From an uncultured Gemmatimonadales bacterium (GTDB lineage Bacteria; Gemmatimonadota; Gemmatimonadetes; Gemmatimonadales; GWC2-71-9): a DNA stretch of 64,000 nucleotides. Shown piece after piece: positions 56,282-64,000 of this stretch (position 1 is the first letter of the stretch; each line of letters starts with the position of its first letter). Made by a program: the position numbers and the translations under genes. The notes under the pieces were generated by a model. The model had not been told where the DNA came from, did not search any database, and saw nothing but the letters and a program-made list of their open reading frames with translations. The DNA lies in NCBI GenBank assembly GCA_963739455.1, contig CAVUAK010000002.1, positions 96,001 through 160,000 of the forward strand. Reading direction: 5' to 3'.

Positions 56282-57280
56282 TCACCCCAACCCGACGGCG
56301 CGCAACAGCCGCTCGGCCGCCACGCTGGGCGGGGTTGACCCGTCGGCAACGCCCCGCGTCACCTCGCCCAGCAGTCCGTGCACCCCCTCATGCGTTTCGA
56401 GGGCCGATCGCACCCGCTGCTCGACCAGCGCCCACATCCAGCGCACCCGCTGCTCCCGCCGGCGCGCCGCCAGCACCCCGCTTTCCACCAGCCCCAGTCG
56501 CCGTTCCAGCAGCGCGCTCCACACGTCGTCCAGCCCCGTGCCGTCCATGGCGCTGCAGGTGAGCACGGGCGGCGGTCCCGCGGCGTCGCGGCCCCGCATG
56601 AGGTGCATCGCGGTGCGATAGTCCCGCGCCGTCGACTGTGCCCGGTCTGCGTTGGTGCCGTCGGCCTTGTTCACCGCGATGACGTCCGCCCGTTCCATCA
56701 GGCCCCGCTTGATGCCCTGCAGCTCGTCCCCGCCCCCGGGCAGCATCAGCACCAGGAATACGTCCGCGAGGTCCGCCACGGAGGTTTCCGACTGGCCGAC
56801 ACCGACCGTCTCCACGATGATCACGTCGAACCCCGCTGCCTCGCACAGCGCGATTGTCTCGGGGGTGCGTGGGGCCACGCCACCCAGCGTGCCCGCCGTG
56901 GGCGACGGCCGTACGAACGCTCGCGGATCGCCCGCGAGCTTCTGCATCCGCGTCTTGTCGCCCAGGATGCTGCCGCCCGACACCGTGCTCGAGGGATCCA
57001 CCGCCAGGACTGCCACCTTGTGACCCTGCGCGAGCAGGCGTGCTCCCATTCCATCGATGAAGGTGCTCTTCCCCACCCCGGGGACACCGCTGATTCCCAC
57101 GAGGACCGACGGCCTCGCCGCCGGGCCGAGTTGGGTCAGCAGGTCTCCCGCGCGCATGCGATCGGCCGACGCCGTGGACTCGATCAGCGATACGGCCCGG
57201 CCCAGTGCCGCAGGCTCGCGCCGCCTCACCCCGGCGATCAGTTCGTCGAGTGACTGGGTCGTCCGTCTCGCTTCACTCAC
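56282..57280 (-). CDS. meaB: Methylmalonyl-CoA mutase-associated GTPase
   Basis: [30 protein letters not shown] and NKAD. Confidence 0.95.
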   Translation of the reverse strand: MSEARRTTQSLDELIAGVRRREPAALGRAVSLIESTASADRMRAGDLLTQLGPAARPSVLVGISGVPGVGKSTFIDGMGARLLAQGHKVAVLAVDPSSTVSGGSILGDKTRMQKLAGDPRAFVRPSPTAGTLGGVAPRTPETIALCEAAGFDVIIVETVGVGQSETSVADLADVFLVLMLPGGGDELQGIKRGLMERADVIAVNKADGTNADRAQSTARDYRTAMHLMRGRDAAGPPPVLTCSAMDGTGLDDVWSALLERRLGLVESGVLAARRREQRVRWMWALVEQRVRSALETHEGVHGLLGEVTRGVADGSTPPSVAAERLLRAVGLG

Positions 57281-59457
57281 CTGGTGCCATCCGGCCCACG
57301 GAAGATCTTCGCCTCATCCAGGCCCAGGCGATGCGCCAGCTCCGCAAGCAGCGTGTGGGCGGCTTCCGGGATGACCGTACCGGGCCCGAAGATCATGCTG
57401 GCACCTGCCGCCTTGAGTGCCGCGTGGTCCTGCGGCGGTATCACCCCACCTGCCACGATCATGATGTCGGGTCGCCCGAGGGCAACCAGGGCCTGGTGCA
57501 ACTCGGGAACGAGCGTCAGGTGCGCCGCCGCGAGTGAGCTGACGCCAACGACATGCACGTCGTTCTCCACCGCCTGCCGTGCCGCTTCGTCTGGTGTTGC
57601 GAAGAGGGGACCGATGTCGACATCGAAGCCCAGGTCGGCGAAGGCCGTCGCAATGACCTTCTGGCCCCGGTCATGACCGTCCTGGCCCACCTTCGCCACG
57701 AGCAGCCGGGGACGCCGTCCCTCCAGCGCGGCGAATCGATCGACCGCGTTGCGAACCGTCACGATGCCCTCGTCGGTGCCCGCCATTTCCCCTCCGTAGA
57801 CTCCGCTCACCACGTGCACCGGCGCCGCATGCCGGCCGTACACCGCCGCGAGCGCCTCACTCATTTCGCCCACCGTGGCCCGTGCTCGCGCGGCGTCGAT
57901 CGCCAGCTCCAGGAGGTTCCCCTCGCCCGATGCTGCCGCGCCAGATAGCGCCACAAGCGCGCGCGTGGTTGCCTCACTATCACGCGTCGCCCTGAGCTCG
58001 GCCAGGCGCGCCACCTGCGCGGCGCGCACGGCACGGTTGTCGATCCGGAGCACCTCCGGCAACTCATCCCTCTCGGGGCGGTACCGGTTGACCCCGACCA
58101 GGGCCTGCCGTCCACTGTCGATGCGTGCCTGCGTCCGTGCCGCCGCTTCCTCGATGCGCAATTTGGGAATGCCCGCCTCGATTGCGCGAGCCATCCCGCC
58201 CAGCTTCTCCACCTCGTCGATATGGCCCTGCGCCTTCCGCGCCAGCTGGTCAGTGAGCCACTCGACATAGCGGCTCCCACCCCACGGATCGACCGTGACA
58301 CAGGTATCCGTCTCCAGCTGGAGGAACAACTGGGTGTTCCGCGCGATACGGGCGGACGCGTCGCTGGGCAGGGCCAGTGCCTCGTCCAGCGCGTTGGTGT
58401 GCAGGCTCTGCGTACCGCCCTGCGTCGCCGCCATCGCCTCGATGCAGGTACGAACGATGTTGTTGTTCACGTCCTGGGCCGACAAGCTCCACCCGCTGGT
58501 CTGGCAATGCGTCCTGAGGACGGAGCTCTTCGCCTTCGCCGGGTGGAACTGCTGCATGAGACGGGTCCACAGCAGCCGTGCCGCCCTGAGCTTGGCCACC
58601 TCCATGAAAAAATTCATCCCGATGGCGAAGAAAAAGCTAAGTCTCGGCGCAAAGTCGTCGATCTTCAACCCGGCCGTGAGGCCGGTGCGCACGTACTCCA
58701 CGCCATCGGCCAGGGTGTAGCCCAGTTCCAGGTCGGCGGTGGCACCCGCCTCGTGCATGTGATAGCCACTGATGCTGATGCTGTTGAACTTCGGCATGTG
58801 CCTGCTGGTATAGCGGAAGATGTCGGCGACGATCCTGAGGCTCGGGCCCGGCGGATAGATGTACGTGTTCCGGACCATGAATTCCTTGAGGATGTCGTTC
58901 TGGATGGTGCCTGCGAGCTGCGCCGGCTTCACCCCCTGCTCCTCACCCGCCACGATGTAGAGCGCCAGGATCGGCAGCACTGCGCCGTTCATCGTCATCG
59001 ACACGCTCATCCTGTCGAGCGGGATCTGGTCGAACAGGATCCGCATGTCGAGGATGCTGTCGATCGCCACTCCCGCCATCCCGACGTCGCCGCTCACGCG
59101 CGGATGGTCCGAGTCGTACCCACGGTGGGTGGCCAGGTCGAAGGCGATGCTGAGGCCCATCTGTCCCGCCGCCAGGTTCCGCCGGTAGAAGGCGTTCGAG
59201 TCCTCGGCGGTGGAATAGCCCGCGTACTGCCGGATGGTCCACGGCTGGCCGAGGTACATCGTCGGGTACGGCCCACGGACATATGGTGCCGACCCCGGCA
59301 TGGTGGCTACGTCCACACCGTCGAGCAGCGACGCGCCGAACTGATACGGAATCGCGATGCCTTCGGCCGACGCCCACGGCCCCGGACCGCGCCGGGGGGC
59401 ATCGTTCACGGCCGGCGGACTCCATTCTATGTCGGCGAAGTTGGGGATGATGCTCAT
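57277..59457 (-). CDS. scpA: Methylmalonyl-CoA mutase, large (catalytic) subunit
   Basis: RQYAG (Tyr), KEFMVRNTY (Arg) and GQDGHDRG B12-binding motif. Confidence 0.95.
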   Translation of the reverse strand: MSIIPNFADIEWSPPAVNDAPRRGPGPWASAEGIAIPYQFGASLLDGVDVATMPGSAPYVRGPYPTMYLGQPWTIRQYAGYSTAEDSNAFYRRNLAAGQMGLSIAFDLATHRGYDSDHPRVSGDVGMAGVAIDSILDMRILFDQIPLDRMSVSMTMNGAVLPILALYIVAGEEQGVKPAQLAGTIQNDILKEFMVRNTYIYPPGPSLRIVADIFRYTSRHMPKFNSISISGYHMHEAGATADLELGYTLADGVEYVRTGLTAGLKIDDFAPRLSFFFAIGMNFFMEVAKLRAARLLWTRLMQQFHPAKAKSSVLRTHCQTSGWSLSAQDVNNNIVRTCIEAMAATQGGTQSLHTNALDEALALPSDASARIARNTQLFLQLETDTCVTVDPWGGSRYVEWLTDQLARKAQGHIDEVEKLGGMARAIEAGIPKLRIEEAAARTQARIDSGRQALVGVNRYRPERDELPEVLRIDNRAVRAAQVARLAELRATRDSEATTRALVALSGAAASGEGNLLELAIDAARARATVGEMSEALAAVYGRHAAPVHVVSGVYGGEMAGTDEGIVTVRNAVDRFAALEGRRPRLLVAKVGQDGHDRGQKVIATAFADLGFDVDIGPLFATPDEAARQAVENDVHVVGVSSLAAAHLTLVPELHQALVALGRPDIMIVAGGVIPPQDHAALKAAGASMIFGPGTVIPEAAHTLLAELAHRLGLDEAKIFRGPDGTR

Positions 59458-60845
59458 CGTTCCCCCGCATCGCGCAGCGCCTCGTATGGCAGTGCATCGG
59501 GCCGCAACGGAAATGCCCCGTGCCTGGCGGTCTCGGCGATCTCCGCGGGAGACGCGGGAACGAGTTCTCCTTCGACTGGATGCTCGGTAACCCCGACGAT
59601 GGCATGACGCCGCTCGCGCACCCGTTCGTGCCGTGCCGCCGCCGCCGCGGCGATGCGCCGGCTGAGGTCACCCGACTCGAGCGCGGCGATGATACCGCCG
59701 GCTGCCTCCAGTCGTCGCAGCTCGTCCCACGCCTCCGCGGCCAGCTCGGACGTCAGTGATTCCAGGAACCAGCTTCCCTCGGCGGGGTCCAGGACGCGCC
59801 CGAGTGAGGCCTCTTCCTTCAGGACGAGGCCAGTGGTGCGCGCCAGGCGCAGTCCCGCCGCGCCCGGCGTGACAGCACGCACATCGTGCGGGAGCAGGTG
59901 GAGGACGTCGGCGCCACCGATCGCCGCGGCAAAGGCCACCGACGTGTTGCGGAGCGCGTTATTCCATGGATCATGACGGGTGAGCGCGCGCCGGCCGGTG
60001 ATGGCGACCAGCGTCATGGGCGCACCTTCGATACCGGCCAGATCGAGGACGCGGGCCCACACAATGCGGCCAGCCCGGAGCATCGCAGCACTCTCAAAGA
60101 ACCGGGGCCCGCACGGAAGGCGAATCTCGATGCCATGCGCCGCGTCAAACAGGTCAGCACCGGCTGCCTCAAGCGCGCGCAGGTAGGCGAGCGCAATGGC
60201 CACTGTCACGCCCAGCGTCATCCCTGTGGTGGCACCGGCGTTGAAGAACGGGTCGCCTGTGGCGCGGAGAGCGCGGCACCTGGGCGCGAGCACCCGCGAC
60301 ACGCCCGACATGTCGAGCTCGTGCTTCGGCTCACCGGAAATCCCGTCACGCAAGAAGAAGCTCGATACAGGGTCGATGCCGAGGGAGTACGCTCCGTTGG
60401 CGGTCAGGCCGGTACTGAGAGCCGTGAGAGAGGCGAGGTCGCTGCCCTCGAGGCTCGTCTCGATGCCCGCGCGACCGAGCTCGTGGAGCATGCCCAGCAC
60501 CAGTGGCAGTTCGTCGGTGCCACTCCACGTCAGTTCCAGCGACTGTATGCCGCCGGTGACCGCGGCATCGAGCACGTCTCGAGGCGACGTCACCGGGAGC
60601 CGCTGCCTGATCCGATACTTGAAGTCGGGGAGCGGCAGCAGCCCCACCACCCGCCCCGCGAGGTTCCTGGCATCGGCATCCCCAGGTCCTCCCGGGGCGT
60701 ACAGCGGCTCGATCGCGATGCCATCTTCCGTCATGGCGCGGAGCCTGCGGGACACGGCATCCGATCCCAGCTCAGTCTCCACCCCGGCCCGCCATGCGGC
60801 ATAGCTCACTGGCGGAAACGGGGCGGCTCCTTCGGTCGTAGGCAT
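59454..60845 (-). CDS. Methylmalonyl-CoA mutase, small subunit
   Basis: [33 protein letters not shown] and IVGV; lacks the DxHxxG motif. Confidence 0.85.
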   Translation of the reverse strand: MPTTEGAAPFPPVSYAAWRAGVETELGSDAVSRRLRAMTEDGIAIEPLYAPGGPGDADARNLAGRVVGLLPLPDFKYRIRQRLPVTSPRDVLDAAVTGGIQSLELTWSGTDELPLVLGMLHELGRAGIETSLEGSDLASLTALSTGLTANGAYSLGIDPVSSFFLRDGISGEPKHELDMSGVSRVLAPRCRALRATGDPFFNAGATTGMTLGVTVAIALAYLRALEAAGADLFDAAHGIEIRLPCGPRFFESAAMLRAGRIVWARVLDLAGIEGAPMTLVAITGRRALTRHDPWNNALRNTSVAFAAAIGGADVLHLLPHDVRAVTPGAAGLRLARTTGLVLKEEASLGRVLDPAEGSWFLESLTSELAAEAWDELRRLEAAGGIIAALESGDLSRRIAAAAAARHERVRERRHAIVGVTEHPVEGELVPASPAEIAETARHGAFPLRPDALPYEALRDAGER

Positions 60846-60929
60846 CCGGGAAAGGTACCGAATGGAACCGCCATTCGCCGGGCGCAAAGCCCGTGACCTG
60901 CCTAGATTTGGCGCATGACTGGAGACGGA

Positions 60930-63900
60930 ATGACCCAGGCCCTGCCCCTGCCGACCGCGGCTGAACCAAAGCCCCGGCGTCCCATCCGGATTGTCACTGC
61001 CGCGTCGCTCTTTGACGGGCACGATGCGGCGATCAACGTGATGCGCCGCATCATCCAGGCGTCGGGCGCCGAAGTGATCCACCTGGGCCACAACCGCAGC
61101 GCCGCCGAGATCGTCGAGTGCGCCATCCAGGAGGACGCCACGGCCATCGCCGTCACGTCGTACCAGGGTGGCCACATCGAGTTCTTCAAGTACATGCACG
61201 ACCTGCTCGCCGAGCGCGGTGCCGACATCCTGATCTTCGGCGGTGGTGGCGGCACCATCCTTCCCTCCGAGGTGGAGGAGTTGCACCGCTACGGCATTAC
61301 CCGCATCTACACCCCCGACGACGGTCGCGCGATGGGCCTCCAGGGGATGATCGACGACCTCCTTCGCCACTGCGATCGCGCGCGCCCCGCCATCGACCTC
61401 GATGCCGCATGGGTCGCTGTGCCCCAGCGTGATCCCAAGACGCTGGGCCGGCTCATCTCTCTTGCCGAGAACGAGCCGGAGCGGGTGGCCGACTTGCGCG
61501 AGGGTCTCGCCGCCCGTCTCGCGTCGGCGAAGGCGCCGGTGCTTGGCGTTACCGGGACGGGCGGCGCGGGCAAGTCATCGCTGGTCGACGAATTCGTCCG
61601 CCGTTTCCTTGCCGCCCTCCCCACCAGCACCATCGCCATCATCTCGGTCGATCCGTCCCGCCGTCGCACCGGCGGCGCACTCCTCGGTGACCGTATTCGC
61701 ATGAATGCGGTGCATGATCCCCGCGTCTACATGCGCTCCCTGGCCACGCGGCAGTCGAACCTCGCCCTCAGCAAGCACGTCCGCGAGTCGATCGACATCT
61801 GCCGCGCCGCCGGCTTCGACCTCGTCATCGTCGAGACCTCCGGCATCGGCCAGTCGGACACCGAGATCACCGAGCATGCCGACGTGTCGCTGTACGTCAT
61901 GACTGCGGAGTACGGCGCGGCGACGCAGCTCGAGAAGATCGACATGCTCGACTTTGCCGACCTGGTGGCGATCAACAAGTTCGACAAGGCGGGCAGCCTC
62001 GACGCCATCCGCGATGTGCGGAAGCAGTACAAGCGGAACCGTCAGCTCTGGGATGCAGGCGACGACACCTTGCCGATCTTCGGGACCATCGCGGCGCAGT
62101 TCAATGACGCCGGCATGAACCGACTCTTCACCGCGACACTCGACGCCATCGCGAAGAAGACCGGCGTCCCGTTCATGGCGCAGCGGCCGCTCGTGTCGGG
62201 TGCCGGGGAGACAGCACGGATCATCCCCGCCGAGCGCGGCCGGTACCTCGCCGAGATCGTCGAGGGAGCCGAGGATTATGCGCGCTTCGTGCAGGAACAG
62301 TCCGCCATCGCGCGCCGCATGTACCAGTTGAACGGCGCGCTGGAACAGTTGCGCTCCCGGGAGGGCCAGGCAGCCCTCGTGGTGCAGGAGCCCGCGGAGG
62401 GTGGCGTGGTGCGCGTCGAGCAGACTGCCGCGAAGGCGCCGGAGTGGATCGCCGGCCTCCAGGCCGAGCAGGCCGCGCTCGAGGCGAAGCTGGCGCCCGA
62501 GTGCAAGCGGCTCCTCGCCGAGTGGCCCACCATGGTCGCCCGCTACCGCGCCGACCGCTACGAGTTCAAGGTGCGCGACAAGGTCATCAGCCAGGACCTC
62601 TTCACGGAGTCGCTCTCCGGTACGCGCGTGCCCAAGGTGAGCCTGCCCCGGTACAGCGACTGGGGCGACATCCTCACGTGGCTGCTCACCGAGGCGCCTC
62701 CCGGCATGTTCCCGTTCGCCGCTGGCGTCTTTCCGCTGAAGCGCCAGGGCGAGGAGCCGGCGCGCATGTTTGCCGGCGAGGGCGGCCCCGAGCGCACCAA
62801 CCGGCGCTTTCACTACGTGTCGAATCGGCATGCCGGCCAAGCGGCTCTCTACCGCCTTCGACTCGGTCACGCTCTACGGCGAGAATCCCGCGCGCCGTCC
62901 CGACATCTACGGCAAGATCGGCAATGCCGGCGTCAGCGTGGCGACGGTGGACGACGCCAAGAAGCTCTACTCCGGCTTCGACCTCTGCGATCCCGCCACG
63001 TCCGTCTCCATGACGATCAACGGGCCCGCGCCGATGGTGCTGGCCTTCTTCCTGAACGCCGCGGTGGACCAGCAGTGCGAGCGCTGGATCCGCGAGCAGG
63101 GCCAGGCCGACGAGGTGACGAAGCGCATCGAGGCGACGTACGCCCAGCGCGGCCTCGCGCGGCCAGCAGTATCGCGGCGGCCTCCCCGACGGCAACGACG
63201 GGCTCGGCCTCCTGCTGCTCGGCGCGAGCGGCAACGACGTCATGCCCCTCGATGTCTATGAGCGCATCCGCACCGCCACGCTCAGCCGCGTGCGCGGCAC
63301 GGTCCAGGCCGACATCCTCAAGGAGGACCAGGCCCAGAACACCTGCATCTTCTCCACGGAGTTTGCCCTGCGGATGATGGGAGACGTGCAGCAGTACTTC
63401 ATCGAGCGGCAGGTGCGGAACTTCTACTCCGTGTCCATCTCCGGCTATCACATCGCCGAGGCGGGCGCGAACCCGATCACGCAGCTGGCGTTCACGCTCG
63501 CCAACGGGTTCACCTACGTCGAGTACTACCTGTCGCGCGGCATGAAGGTGGACGACTTCGCGCCGAACCTGTCGTTCTTCTTCTCCAACGGCCTCGACCC
63601 CGAGTACGCCGTCATCGGGCGCGTCGCCCGGCGCATCTGGGCCAAGGCGATGAAGCTGCGGTACAATGCCAACGACCGGTCACAGCGCCTCAAGTATCAC
63701 ATCCAGACCTCCGGCCGCAGCCTGCACGCGCAGGAGATCTCGTTCAACGACATCCGTACAACGCTGCAGGCGCTATACGCACTGTACGACAACTGCAATT
63801 CGCTCCACACCAACGCGTACGACGAGGCGATCACCACGCCCACCGAGGAAAGCGTGCGGCGGGCCATGGCGATCCAGCTCATCATCAACCAGGAGCTGGG

Positions 63901-64000
63901 CCTCGCGCGCAACGAGAACCCGCTTCAGGGCAGCTTCGTGATCGAGGAGCTGACCGACCTGGTGGAGGAGGCGGTGATGCTCGAGTTCCGCCGCATCTCC
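60930..64000 (+). CDS. icmF: Fused isobutyryl-CoA mutase-GTPase (indels near 62820 and 63170; runs off window)
   Basis: N-terminal [10 protein letters not shown]12 domain, GTGGAGKSS GTPase, RMFAGEG and [13 protein letters not shown]. Confidence 0.93.

Noticed and set aside
60846..60929. Cobalamin riboswitch for the mutase genes
   Set aside because: The spacer is only 84 nt and lacks a B12 box.
60846..61370. N-terminal extension of the mutase small subunit ORF
   Set aside because: It is antisense shadow of icmF; homology begins at MPTTEG (60845).

Overview
High-GC bacterial chromosomal segment. The gene order (yicC-gmk-rpoZ-coaBC-udg-dnaB-radA-ispD, gap-pgk-tpiA-secG, rne-rplU-rpmA) and the Ser/Thr kinase, BTAD and Ig-lipoprotein genes suggest Gemmatimonadota; this is an inference. 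Most of the window is core genome on the minus strand: nuoA-F, sdhCAB/mdh, moaDEA, HU, carA, glycolysis, replication/repair, pepA, tRNA-Leu(CAA), ppa, an ECF sigma triad, rne, recQ, methylmalonyl-CoA mutase with meaB, and a divergent icmF. Many essential genes carry small indels that look like sequencing or consensus errors, not pseudogenes, so coordinates of those genes are approximate. No CRISPR array, rRNA, integrase or transposase was seen. The best candidates for novelty are: (1) a tightly coupled cassette of a membrane Ser/Thr kinase, a BTAD regulator whose ATPase lacks the Walker A lysine, and a divergent citrate-synthase-like enzyme, downstream of tRNA-Leu; (2) a secreted Vps62/NLP-like domain joined to a C-terminal beta-barrel; (3) a structured rne leader; (4) a Rex-like operator at nuoA; (5) an unannotated 58-aa protein. 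All of these are hypotheses from motif reading only.
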